From contig JAXLNO010000687.1 in NCBI GenBank assembly GCA_038087875.1, positions 48,760-68,759 on the forward strand: a stretch of DNA of 20,000 bases. Reading direction: 5' to 3'. This DNA is from Malacoraja senta. Its lineage: Eukaryota. The notes beneath the pieces are model-generated. The model was not told where the DNA came from. It was given only the letters and a program-made list of their open reading frames with translations, and searched no databases. The position numbers and the translations under genes were made by a program. This document shows, in pieces, positions 9,278-20,000 of the stretch. Numbering within the stretch: the first letter of the stretch is position 1; each line of letters starts with the position of its first letter.

Positions 9278-9605
9278 ATGTTGGGTTGGGAAAAGACAAC
9301 AGATGGTGATTCCCTGTGTGTGTGTGCGTACGTGTGGCTATCACCTAGATCTAAGCCAGCTATTACTGCCAAGAGTAGAATAGTGCAGACACTGACTGCA
9401 ATAAACTTAAACCCACATATATGTCTGAGCTTATTTTATTTGTTTGTGTACTTATCCAACTACGACAAAACTAGACTAAAGAAATATAATTAGGTGGATA
9501 ATAGGTGGATGACCTGAGTTGGAAGTTAAAAATGTTTTGGAGGCTTCAAGGGATATGGGGTCATTCCAGAGAAATGAGGAATGAGAGCTGATCTCATTGG
9601 AACAC

Positions 9606-9781
9606 AAGGACACAAAGTACTTGAGTAAATCAGTGGGTTAGGCAGCATCTCTGGCAAACATGGATAGGTGATTTTTCAGGTCAAGACCCTTGCAACTGAA
9701 CTTGACTTGAAACGTCACCTATCCATGTTCTCCAGTGATGCTGCCTCACTTGCTGAGTTACTCCAGCACTTTGTGTCCTTT
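9606..9781. mobile_element. Penelope-like short repeat, inverted pair (older variant)
   Basis: aaggacacaaagt...catggataggtga and tcacctatccatg...actttgtgtcctt. Confidence 0.75.
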
Positions 9782-9857
9782 TGTGCTTCCACTCATTGAA
9801 ACATTTTTTTTAATGGGGTGAATACAAGGATGATTTTTGTCTGTGGTGTCTAAACCC

Positions 9858-10113
9858 AGGTTCAAGGTGAGAAGGGAAAGATTTAATATGAATTTAATAG
9901 CAACTTTTTCACACAGAAGGTGGTTGGTACATGGAGTAATCAGCCAGAGGAAGTAGTTGAGGCAGGAGGTACAATGACTACATTCAAAAGACATTTGGAC
10001 AGATACATGGATAGGAAAGGTTTAGAGGGATATAGGCCAAACAAGGGTAAATTGGAATAGCTTAGCTGGGGCATCTTGGTTAGCTGGACAAATTGGGCTG
10101 ATGGCCTGTATCT
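9858..10113 (+). mobile_element. CR1 LINE 3' end
   Basis: Encodes a degenerate FFTQKVVGTW..PEEVVEAG..TTFKRHLDRYMDRKGLEGY, followed by a gggc..atggcctgt terminus. Confidence 0.8.
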
Positions 10114-11128
10114 AATTTGTGTGAATCTATATTCAGTCTAAATACTGAAACATTTACATACCCTTATTTTGTTTCCTTCAGTCATCTTATTAACCTAATC
10201 TAAAATGTTGACTCCTCTGTTTTGGTCATCACTCATATATTTTGCAACCTTAAGCCTCTTCTTTGAAGCTTTATTCTAATAATCGTTGTTCAGTACACAT
10301 GACAGTAGTAAACCAATACCAACAATAGATACAACGATTTTTTTTAACTGTCACAATTCATAGGAGTGTCATTTGAACTTATCAGGTTTGTTTTCACAAA
10401 TGCCTTGATAGTTCATGACAATATTCATCCACTTGTATTCAATATTGTATTCAATACTCAATATTCAACAACAGTTGTATTGATTGATCAGTGAAACAAC
10501 AGAAAAATAAACGGAGTGGCAGGACCTACTGCTAGTTACTGGGATTCTGCCCAGGAGGATTAATGAGGAATGTTGTGAGTGCTTCATCCCCTTTGCATTG
10601 AAAATTCAAGTTATTTTGTTAACTCTTTCCGCGAGCATTTGCAAAGGGGTCACCCAGATAGAGCTCCAAGATGATTAAAAAACATCATAACCGTTTCAAT
10701 GATGATTATGTCGTAATTGCATCTGACATGTATCATCGACATGTATGGTTAAACATCATAGATAAGCACTTTCTTGACCAATCCATAACATCTATTCATC
10801 TTCGATCAATCCGTGATGAGCTCCCTGACCGTGTCAGTATCTGGTTATAACAAAGCTTGCCTTTGCTTCAATCAGTGTCGCGTCCCTTCAAAGGTCATTG
10901 TTTTCAATAGGCCTGTTATATGGAGTAACCACATTCTCGCTCAAGGGTCCAGATTTTCCCAAAGCTCATCACCACTCCCCTCATGCTTACACAGGTTAAT
11001 TGCTGTATGAACAAGCTCCTTATGTCTCTGATGAACATTCACTGAGCTGTAAGTCTTGCTCAGCCTGCTTGCAGAGTTACAGGAACTGGGTCTGACTTGT
11101 TTCATAGGAACAGGCATTTTGTGTACAC

Positions 11129-11410
11129 CTTTAGACTTTACTGCGTAGTAATGGGCCCTTCACCCCACCGAGTCTGTGCCGACCAGCGATCACTCATACA
11201 CTAGCATTATCATACACTTATACTCATACACATACAATTTATAGAAGCCAATTAAACTGCAAACCTGCGCGCCTTTTGAGTGTGGGAGGAAACCGAAGCA
11301 CGAAGGGAAAACCCATGCGGTCACAAGGAGAATGTACAAACTCGTACAGACAGCATCCGAGGTCAGGATAGAACCATGGTCACAGGCGCTGTAAGGCACC
11401 GTGCCGCCCC
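11129..11410 (-). mobile_element. HE1/V-SINE-like SINE
   Basis: tgtgggaggaaaccga, acagacagcatccgaggtcaggatagaacc, ggcgctgtaaggca. Confidence 0.8.
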
Positions 11411-11798
11411 TACTGCATCAGACCCTAAGTGCCATCAAATTATACTCTGGCAAGGAATGTACCCACATCTTCAAAACCAGGGTTGGTCCTATATTTCCAA
11501 ATAAAAATCTCTCTTGCTTTAAAATTCCGAGTGTAGATTTTCCAATTAACTAAATTTAGGACAAGTGTATGTTGGGATTTCTTTCAGTCAGTGTTAGTTT
11601 AGACATGAGTTTAGACATTGGTTCCTTCCAGAGAACTTCCTCAATTCTTGTGTGATGATAGTTTACCCTTTCCCAATGCACGTTGAGTGTGGCAATGATT
11701 TTGGTCACATTCATTGAAAAATATCTAAACCATCTGATTTCATATAATACGTGTTGTTCTTCTGACAGTGATTGCTTTCTCTCCCCCTATCTTGCCAG

Positions 11799-11992
11799 TG
11801 CACCAGCCTAGAAGCTAGACTGTGCCAGGTAGAGAGCAAACATCTCGTACTCCTCCAGGAAGTGAAGAACCCTGTGTGTTCTGGGGAAAAAGGTCCCACG
11901 CATGAAGTAATTTCCAGACTCTTGGAAGATGCTCTGAAAGTGGACAGCGCCGATCAACCGGAGCAAACCGTTCTCAAGCCAAATCCTGTCAG
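11799..11992 (+). CDS. TBC1D2B: TBC1D2B internal coding exon (CTSLEARLCQVESKHLVLLQEVKNPVCS...LLEDALKV...KPNPV)
   Basis: Acceptor ctccccctatcttgccag ends at 11798; donor AG|gtaata; 194 bp, phase 0/2. The terminal AG joins T15661 to give Ser, in frame with the next exon. Confidence 0.93.
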
Positions 11993-12097
11993 GTAATATC
12001 ACATCACGGGTCTCTGTGCCAGGGTGGGGAAGGAAAACCTTGAAATAACGTTTAATGGCTCCCCACTGAAAGGAGAAGAAAACGACTGAAGAAAGAG

Positions 12098-12228
12098 AGA
12101 CACAAGGAACTGCTGATGTTGGAATCTTGAGTAATACTCTGTAAGTGTTGGAGTAACTCAGTAGTTCAGGCAGCATCTGTGGAGGGAATGGACAGGTGAT
12201 GTTTTGGGTAGGATACTTCTGAAGAAGG
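12098..12228 (-). mobile_element. Degenerate Penelope-like short repeat
   Basis: ggaactgctgatg...ggagtaactcag...caggcagcatctgtggag. Confidence 0.6.
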
Positions 12229-12925
12229 AGTTGCTACTTGGTCTATCAAGCCCTCAATGAATGCTGGTTGTAGAGCAGGCTTGAAGGCACATGATGTTCA
12301 TATCTTTTGTTGAGAGAAAAGAGAAAGGAAGATAAAACTATCAGCATTTTATAATGCAATAAAACAAGTTGCAAGATAATTGGCCACATCAGTTCATGTT
12401 TATACTGCACATGAGCAGTAGTTATAACTATTCTTTCTCTGATCTCATATTCCCATATCCTTCACTTACCTTTTTTAAGCTGCTTTTAAATGTTAACTCC
12501 ATTTTGATCAGAACTCTGATGTATTCTGCAGACCTGCAGGCCAGAGTTTAAAATAAAATGTTTCACCTCAGTCTTAAATCTATCTTCTAATCTTTTATCT
12601 ATGCCCCCTTGTAGACTAGTCAACCACCGGAAACAGATTCATCTCTTAAATTTTAAACCCTTTTGCAAAATTGCTTATTTGTCGAGTTTGTTTGCATGCA
12701 AAAAAGCCCCAATCTTTTTTATTTGTGCTTCCACGTACTGAGCCCCCTCTTAATTTATCGTTGATATACTCTCAACTCTGTCGAGATGTTCAGAGTATAA
12801 CCAAAATTCATTATGATCCACTAAGGTGTTGCAATGATTCACAGATACATCTTTTCAATTAATTCTCATGCACAATGTATACTTTTTTTTAATGTTAATT
12901 GAATTCTGCTTGCAGCCTTTGCCTA

Positions 12926-13152
12926 AAGGGTCTGTCCCACTTTCACGACCTGATTCACGACCTTTTTTACTCGTGGACATTTTTCATCATGCTAGAAAAA
13001 CGCCCCGACCTACTTGATGCCACGAGTACCTACGACTAGCACCACCGTCTGCTACGACCTACCTACGACCTCCTACGAACTTGTGACGACCATGCTGCCA
13101 GTATGAGTCAAGGGCAAGCTCGGCAGAGGTCGTGAAAGTGGGAGAGACCCTT
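12926..13152. mobile_element. 227-bp MITE related to the one at 4581-4994
   Basis: TA|AAGGGTCTGTCCCACTTTCACGACCT ... AGGTCGTGAAAGTGGGAGAGACCCTT|TA, with internal (ct)acgacc repeats. Confidence 0.88.
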
Positions 13153-13170
13153 TATCCTTCTATCATTCTA

Positions 13171-13266
13171 TGAAGATAGACCCAAAATGCTGGAGTAACT
13201 CAGTGGGTCAGGCAGCATCTCTGGAGAAAAGGAACAGGTGATGTTTCAGCCCGAGACCCTCCTTCA
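13171..13266 (-). mobile_element. Penelope-like short repeat
   Basis: gaagatagacccaaaatgctggagtaactcag...gagaccctccttca; flanked by tcattctatg and tcattccatg. Confidence 0.75.
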
Positions 13267-13436
13267 TTCCATGTCCTCCTCCATTTTTTCATAGTATTTC
13301 ACTGTACAATCTAGATATCTGCAAATTTGTCCTCCACCTTGAAATTTGCATTTTTTTTGAGCAATTTCCTTATTTTAAATATATCTTTATTTACAGTGAA
13401 AGTATCAGCTCACTCACCTTAATGCTTACACATAAA

Positions 13437-13636
13437 CTGACAAAACCACACTGCTTCCCTTATCCCTTTTTTTTTTTTTTAACAAGGGATAAGGGATGCA
13501 GTGTGGTTTTTGTCAGAGTTGAGAGTATATCAACGATAAATTAAGAGGGGGCTCAGTACGTGGAAGCACAAATAAAAAAGATTGGGGCTATGAGACGGTA
13601 TAATAGACGGATTGGGGCTATAAGACGGTATAATAG
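13437..13636. repeat. Composite of a fold-back palindrome, an inverted copy of 12705-12780, and a 30-bp-period tandem duplication
   Basis: Arms at 13437-13468 and 13484-13516; 13514-13589 is the exact reverse complement of 12705-12780; 13580-13606 is repeated at 13610-13636. Confidence 0.92.
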
Positions 13637-14082
13637 GGTCTGACTTAGTTGGAGACTTTTCTTTTCACAAAGAATTATTACATTTTCCCCACTTCCCCCA
13701 TTTATTCCTTCATGTAATAATTTAGTGCCCACTCGCGATTAGCTCCATAAATCTGGATCACAAGCATATTCTAATCATATCGCAGCAGCAGATGGTGCAT
13801 TAACATCCAGCTAACGGCTGCAGAGTGTGATTTTTATTTCATCCAAGGTAATCAATAACACGTTACCACATACCAGCAAAGGGATTTTACATTAGATTTA
13901 CAAATCTAATTAAGATATATCTATTTTCAGGTTTACAAGCATGACGAGTGTATTTCTGAGCAGCGAAAGAAACCGTCAACATGGCTTTAGTTTCATAAAA
14001 TTCAATGGAGCTAAACAAATAGCTAATTGTCTGAAGTTTGCCGATCATTCCTCAGAGGCCCAGTACAGAATATATATTACAA

Positions 14083-14256
14083 TGAAGATAGACACAAAAT
14101 GCTGGAGTAACTCAGCAAGTAATTCAGTCTGAAGAAGAGTCTCGACCTGAAACGTCACCCATTCCTTTTCTCCAGAGATGCTCCCTGTCCCGCTGAGTTA
14201 CTCCAGAATTTTGTGTTTATCTTCGATTTAAACCAGCATCTGCAGTTCTTTCCTAC
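14083..14256 (+). mobile_element. Penelope-like short repeat with a short inverted 5' arm and 15-bp TSD
   Basis: atatattacaatgaa at 14072-14086 and 14257-14271; ctgaagaagagtctcgacctgaaacgtc at 14129-14156. Confidence 0.82.
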
Positions 14257-14621
14257 ATATATTACAATGAACTAGTCCAGCATGCAGCAAAAAACAAAGT
14301 GCTGGAGCTACTCGGCGGGCCAGGCAGCATCTGTGGAGCATAAAGGGCAGACGACATTTCAGGTTGTGATCTTGCCCCAGCTGAAGAAGATTCCCAACCT
14401 GAAACATTGCTGTCTGTCCCTTTTACTCCACAGATTTTACTTTAATAATAATAATGAATTTTATTTACGGGCGCCTTATACCGAGGTCTCAAGGACACCT
14501 TACAGAGATTTATAGGAAACATATAATCAGAATTTAAAAAATAAGTTATAAAGACCAATACACAAATCAGGGACAGAATTCCTTCCAAAAAGACAAAAAA
14601 AGAAAATCAGAAGCACAATTT

Positions 14622-14772
14622 GACTTTAGACTGTAGATACAGCATGGAAACAGAACCTTTGTCCCACCGTGTCCGCACTGACCATCGATCACCGAGTACA
14701 CTAATTCTATTCTACACACTAGAGATAATTTACAGAAGTCAATTAACCTACAAACCTGCATATCTTTGGGAT
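14622..14772 (-). mobile_element. HE1/V-SINE-like 3' fragment, next to degenerate Penelope-like pieces (14290-14435, 14775-14840)
   Basis: tagatacagcatggaaacag...caattaacctacaaacctgca. Confidence 0.65.
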
Positions 14773-15243
14773 GCGCCTGACCTACTAACTTCCACCACCA
14801 CTTTGTTTTTGATCCAGATTCCAGCATCTGCAGTCTTTGTTCATGTTCCATGTTCAATACGCATCCTGAGAGCATCTGGCAAGAATCACTTTAGATTTCT
14901 TTACAATAAATAACATGGATTGATGACGACTGTTTGGTATTGAATTAAGTTTATCCTAAGCTGGTGATCTGGAATATAAAAGCGGGACCATTCCAAATCA
15001 TAAACAGCATGGCAAAACAAACAGTAAAAATGGAAAACCAGACGGTACCTCTCTGTGCAAGTTTTACACATGGACTTGTGCCCTTGAGCATGGGACTAGT
15101 AACTTAGAGTTAATGCTGACAGTTTGGCGATGTGTACTGAGATCTATGACTAGCAAAGACTCCCCCACCCTCAATTATGTGAAGGAAAAATTCACGGTAG
15201 GAGTTGTAAAATTGAATGTAATATGAACTGGAATGATATTTTG

Positions 15244-15540
15244 TTTAGTTTAGACTTGCAGCACAGAAACAGGGCCTTTTGGCCCACCAAGTTCCCACTG
15301 ATCATTGATCACCTGCTGACACTATTGCTCCACTTTCCGATCCACTCCCCACACACTTGGGGCAATTTACAGAGATCCAATTATCATAAAACCCCACAAA
15401 TCTTTGGGATGTGGGAGGAAACTCATGGTCACAGAAGAGAATGTGCGCACTCCACACAGACAGCACCCGAGATCAGGATCAAACCCGGATCCCTGGTGCC
15501 TGTGAGGCAGCAGCTCTACCCGCTGCGCCACTGTGCCGCT
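15244..15540 (-). mobile_element. HE1/V-SINE-like SINE
   Basis: gatgtgggaggaaac, cacacagacagcacccgagatcaggatcaaacccgg, ctctacccgctgcgccactgtgcc. Confidence 0.8.
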
Positions 15541-15660
15541 GTATTAAAGAGCCAAGTTGTGTTTGTACTTTTGTACAATGCATTTTTTTGATTAATGTTG
15601 TTGTGAAACCTCGAGTCTAGAAAAATGTTAAAACATGAAACGTTTGTTATTTTTGTTTAG

Positions 15661-16155
15661 TGAGTTTGACATTTATGGCTTCAAGACGGTCCCTGAAGAC
15701 AGTGAAGAGGAGACATTGATTGCCAAAGTTCGAGCTCTAGATTTAAAGTCGCTAACACTCACTGACAGCCAAGAGATTTCCACGGGGGTGAAATGGGCAA
15801 ATTACTTTGCCAGCACCATGAACCGTGAAATGGTGCGCTCACCAGAACTGAAGAGCCTCATTCGTTGGGGTGTTCCTCATGAACATAGGTCAAAGGTGTG
15901 GAGGTGGTGCGTCAACCTCCACGTCAGGAAGTACAGAGACAGATGCGGGTTGGGATACTTTAACTCCTTGCTGGAGAGAGCACGAGAGAAACAGAACCCT
16001 GCCTCGAAACAGATTGAGCTGGATCTTATGCGCACTTTGCCAAATAGTAAGCACTATGCCTCGCCGACCTCTGAAGGAATACAGAAACTTCGAAACGTTC
16101 TGCTGGCATTTTCCTGGAGGAATCCGGATGTTGGATACTGCCAGGGCTTAAACAG
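15661..16155 (+). CDS. TBC1D2B: TBC1D2B internal coding exon, N-terminal half of the TBC (Rab-GAP) domain (EFDIYGF...IELDLMRT...NPDVGYCQGLN)
   Basis: Acceptor tttttgtttag ends at 15660; donor AG|gtacgt; 495 bp, phase 2/2. Contains the IxxDxxR arginine finger and YxQG glutamine finger of TBC GAPs. Confidence 0.96.
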
Positions 16156-16391
16156 GTACGTTTTGTTTTGGAATATGTCGTAAATTATCAATTAGCTAGT
16201 CCTAATCTCTCATTTTCTCATCGACAAAGCAGCAGGTCCAAAATAACCTGTGACAAAAGTCCAATCCAAAAAAATCCATGATAGTGAAAGCTTCTTTCCA
16301 TTAAATAACCCTTGTTTAAATTGTGAGATATTTATTCTAAAATGATTGCTGTGATTTGGGTTTGAATATGTTGAGACTGGCATTATCTTCG

Positions 16392-16699
16392 TTTTAGTTT
16401 TTAGTTTAGAGATACAGCGCGGAAACAGGCTTTTCGGCCCACCGAGCTTGCGCTGGCCAACAATCCCTGCACACTAACACTACCCTACACACACTAGGGT
16501 CAATTTACAATTATACCCGGCCAATTAGCCTACACACCTGTACGTTTTTGGAGTGTGCGAGGAAACCGGAGATCCCAGAGAAAACCCACGCAGTCACGGG
16601 GAGAACGTACAAACTCCGTACAGGCAGCACCCGTAGTCAGGGTGAGCTGGGGTCTCTGGCGCTGTAAGGCAGTAACCCTACCACTGCATCATCGTGCCA
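16392..16699 (-). mobile_element. Full-length HE1/V-SINE-like SINE
   Basis: Complete from the (tttag)n tail to the tRNA head (ggcgctgtaaggcagtaaccctaccactgcatcatcgtgcc). Confidence 0.85.
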
Positions 16700-17329
16700 T
16701 CTACTTAATGTCTTCAGAATAGAGTAAGTACGATTTAAGATTTCTTTGGAATGCTACATAAATAAAATCAAAAATCCATTCTTCGTAGATCAGTTTATAC
16801 GGTTTGTGTGTGTGAATAAGACTTAAACAAGACTGTGAGGACCACTAGCTATTGCTAGAGGTTATTGATTTCTTTTTTACATTTTATCGTCACTCCCCAT
16901 TGATTCCCAGGAATCCCCGATTTGCAGTTTAATTGGACTGGTGTTGCTGAAAACTTGGAACGGCTCAGCCAGTCCTGGATAATTGCAATATTGGTTTCTG
17001 TTTCAATAGCTACATAACTCACTCCACAGTTACGGCTTTGATGCAATTACTGCTTTGTGGTAATGCGCAGCAGTTTGGAATAATGGATTACTCAGAGAAG
17101 CAAGCACTGCTGTTTATTGGCATTGGAAAATTTGCTTTATTCGGTTAATTAGTTCTATTCATCGAGTGTTGGCGATTTGTGGAAGAGCTACTGGTCTAAG
17201 AAACTCCCAGCGCACATGGTAAATCACCCGTGGCTTGTCTTAACACAGGGCTGTACTGAAAGGACCAGGTCACTTAGAGGAACATTATCAGACATTTGTT
17301 TCTCGGATAAATCTGTAGTTATTTAGGGC

Positions 17330-17604
17330 GCCTTGCAGCGGTAGAGATGGTGCCTTGCAGCGGTAGAGATGGTGCCTTGCAGCGGTAGAGATGGTGCCTT
17401 GCAGCGGTAGAGATGCTGCCTTGCAGCGGTAGAGATGGTGCCTTGCAGCGGTAGAGATGGTGCCTTGCAGCGGTAGAGATGGTGCCTTGCAGCGGTAGAG
17501 ATGCTGCCTTGCAGCGGTAGAGATGGTGCCTTGCAGCGGTAGAGATGCTGCCTTGCAGCGGTAGAGTTGCTGCCTTGCAGCGATAGAGTTGCTGCCTTAC
17601 AGCG
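17330..17604 (+). repeat. Minisatellite of 12.5 x 22 bp (gccttgcagcggtagagatggt), derived from a SINE head
   Basis: Units start at 17330 and recur every 22 bp. The array runs directly into the SINE body (17594-17713: ccttacagcg...cctgactacg...ttcctcccacac). Confidence 0.95.
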
Positions 17605-17714
17605 CTTTCAGTGCCAGAGTAATGAGTTACATCCTGACTACGCTTGCTGGCTGCATGGAGTTTGTAAGTTCCCCCCGTGACCGTGTGGGTTTTCTTCGAT
17701 TTCCTCCCACACTC

Positions 17715-17870
17715 GTCAAGTCAAGTCAACTTTATTTGTCACATACACTGCTTTATCCTGGGCAGTGCCAAGCTGCTGGAGAGCTGGTGGAACTGCTCTC
17801 ATCCATGCAGCTGGGATGTATTCATCACGGTCCGGACTTGTGCCGTGAGGTTGGTTTGAAGGAGTTGAGT
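17715..17870 (-). mobile_element. Probable LINE 3' fragment (Rex1-like tail)
   Basis: (gtcaa)3-ctttatttgtcacatacac terminus pattern, followed by coding-like sequence. Confidence 0.4.
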
Positions 17871-18703
17871 TACTTTACTTTAGACTTTGGAGATACAGTG
17901 TGGAAATAGGCTCTTCGGCCCAGCGAGTCCCCGCCAACCAGCGACACAGGGAGGACATGCAAACTGGATTGAACCTAGGTCTCAGTACGATGAGATGCTT
18001 GGTATGACTCTAACCGTTGCAGTGCTTTCTCCTTGATGTCCCTTCACTTAGTTTTCCCAGGGCTCATATCTGTTGGTGCAATTGTTCCCATTTTGGCCAA
18101 TGTCATGGTCAATCACTCGCCTCATCTCTGGACCTCCGATCTTCAAGCCATGCCAGGGATAAGCTTGTGACAATTCTGGAGCTGAGTGCTCCTGGCGAAA
18201 GCAAGTTGGTTATGTGTGAGTACGTGCTGCCTGTAATAAAAGCGGCAAATGCTGGCAACGCTCAGATCAGAAAACATCTGTGGAAAGAGAGGCAAAGATA
18301 ACGTTTCTGGTCAAAGACCCATTCTGTTCTAATCAGACCAACAGTGATCTTATTGAACAGTGAGCTGGTTTAAGAGGGTTATAAGATTAATTATTATTGA
18401 TATAACTTATTTGTATTTTGATTAGTATTTGCAATTAATGTTGATTAGTAACTTTTGTTCAATTACTACTTTGACGGAGGTCGTGGGGGTAAACTTAGAA
18501 CATATAACAGTGCAGCAAAGGAACAGGCCCTTTGGTCCACGATGTCTGTGCTGAACATGAAACTAAATTAAAGTCATCCCTTCAGCTTGCACGTGATCCT
18601 TGTCCCACCATTCCCTATGTATCCATGTACCTATCTAAAGGCATCTTAACCATCATTACCATATCTGCTTCCACCATCACCCCAGCAACAAGTTCCAGGC
18701 ACC

Positions 18704-18739
18704 TACGTGTGTGTGTGTGCATGCGCGCGTGTGTGTGTG
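18704..18739. repeat. Alternating purine-pyrimidine microsatellite (GT)n-GCATGCGCGC-(GT)n
   Basis: 36 bp of strict pyrimidine/purine alternation. Confidence 0.9.
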
Positions 18740-18863
18740 AAAAAAACCTGCTCCTCTCACCTTAAAGCTGTGTCCTCTAATATTTGACACATCTACCTTG
18801 GAAAAAATATATAACTATCTCTGTCTCAGAATTGTATCAGCTTCTATCAGGTCTCTCTTCAGA

Positions 18864-19161
18864 CTTTAGACTTTATAGATACAGCATGGAAACAGGCCCT
18901 TCATCCTACCGAGTCAGCGTTAACCAGTACGTTAACAATATACTTCACACTAGGGACAATTTACAATTTTACCGAAGCCAATTAACTTACAAAATTGTAC
19001 GTCTTTGGAGTGCGGGAGGAAACCGGAGCACCCAGAGAAAACCCTTGCGGTCATAGAGAGACTGTACAAACTCCATACAGACAGCACCCATAGTCAGGAT
19101 TGAACCCGGATCTCTGGTGCTATAAGGCAGCAGTTCTACCGCTGTGCTATTCTGCCACCCC
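18864..19161 (-). mobile_element. HE1/V-SINE-like SINE
   Basis: tagatacagcatggaaacaggccc...gcgggaggaaaccggagcaccc...gtcaggattgaacccgg. Confidence 0.85.
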
Positions 19162-19447
19162 TAAGCCTCTGCCTCTCCTCAGCCTATGACTTTCCAGAGA
19201 TATCAATTTAAGTTGTCCAACCTCTGGTAAACCTCTTCTGCACCCACTCCAATGTTTCTACATCTATCTAATGGGGTGTCCAGAACTGTGAACAATATTT
19301 CAAATGCTGCCTAACCAAAGTTTTATAAACCTGCAACATTGCTTCCTGACTCTTATATAAAATGCCCCTAAATCTGACTTCCCAACGTGCAACTTGCCTG
19401 GTTTCTACTCCATCTACCATTTTTACAGCCCATATCGAACTGATCTA

Positions 19448-19543
19448 AGATAGACACAAAAAGCTGGAGTAACTCAGCGGGGCAGGCAGCATCCCTGGTG
19501 AGAAGGAATGGGTGACATTCGAGCCCCTTCTTCAGACTGGTGA
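19448..19543 (-). mobile_element. Penelope-like short repeat with 12-bp TSD
   Basis: cgaactgatcta at 19436-19447 and 19544-19555. Confidence 0.8.
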
Positions 19544-19770
19544 CGAACTGATCTATGTCCGGCTGTATCCTTTGACAGCTGCCTGCACTGTCTGCAACTT
19601 CACCAATTCTGGTTACTGCTAACTTAATAATAACCCGTCCAAGTCAATTGTATATCACAAACAGCTGAGGCACCAGCATTGATCCCAACAGACCTCCTTG
19701 CACCACAACCACCCTGTCTGTCTTCTGCAGGCAAACCAGTTCTGAATCTAACAGTATATGTGAAATTGAA

Positions 19771-19863
19771 ATACAAAGGGCTGGACTAATTTAGCGGGCC
19801 AGGCAGCGTTTCTGGAGGACATGGATGGGCAACGTTTTGGACCTCAACCCTTCTTCAGACTGA
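19771..19863 (-). mobile_element. Degenerate Penelope-like short repeat
   Basis: caggcagcgtttctggaggacatgg...caacgtttt...cccttcttcagactga. Confidence 0.65.
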
Positions 19864-20000
19864 TTCCTTGTTTCCCAGTGTGTGTGTGAAATTGGTCTTT
19901 GCAATTAGTTTGCATGGTGGACGAGGCAAAGTTGTTCAGTGTTTGCCATCTAGTGGTGCTCTTCGGCAACTGCGGGCTGTTGCAATAATCTGGAATGCAA

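Larger units (their letters stand above)
18495..19750 (-). mobile_element. Degenerate CR1 LINE (RT C-terminus and 3' end) with nested SINE, Penelope-like repeat and microsatellite
   Basis: Minus strand at about 19225-19327 reads YKTLVRQHLKYCSQFWTPH*IDVETLEWVQKRFT, a CR1 motif; 3' end ggaacaggccctttggtccac at about 18521. Confidence 0.78.

Noticed and set aside
11808..12176. Antisense ORFs over exons (also 1504-1734, 11711-11899) and the alternative frame 15870-16151
   Set aside because: Shadow ORFs of real coding exons with no independent support.
13931..14118. Possible extra TBC1D2B exon (ctattttcag acceptor, in frame after the phase-2 donor)
   Set aside because: No phase-compatible donor was found (aa|gtaatt at 14118 is phase 1 and lies inside a repeat). 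The peptide is not TBC1D2B-like, and the flanking exons already join into the expected protein.
15635..15660. ATG start of the 182-aa ORF as an independent gene
   Set aside because: The first residues translate the intronic polypyrimidine tract; the exon begins at 15661.
17330..17604. CRISPR-like regular array
   Set aside because: The units are contiguous with no unique spacers, there are no cas genes, the context is a eukaryotic intron, and the unit derives from a SINE.

Overview
Eukaryotic, repeat-rich vertebrate DNA. The repeat families suggest a cartilaginous fish such as a skate or ray (inference). The window lies inside a TBC1D2B-type Rab-GAP gene on the + strand. Four internal coding exons (1480-1863, 7666-7776, 11799-11992, 15661-16155) splice in frame through canonical AG/GT sites, encoding the coiled-coil region and the first half of the TBC domain with intact R- and Q-finger motifs. 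The introns hold many mobile elements: about 17 copies of a short Penelope-like repeat whose consensus carries a minimal hammerhead-ribozyme-like core and which often forms inverted pairs, about 10 HE1/V-SINE-like tRNA SINEs, one distinct full-length CORE-type SINE, CR1 and Rex1/Babar LINE fragments, and four non-autonomous DNA transposons. Other notable structures are a template-switch repair scar at 13437-13636, a twin-priming-type 5' inversion in a Rex1-like LINE, and a minisatellite derived from a SINE head. Most ORFs in the supplied track are spurious. Family names come from recall of known sequences, not from database searches.
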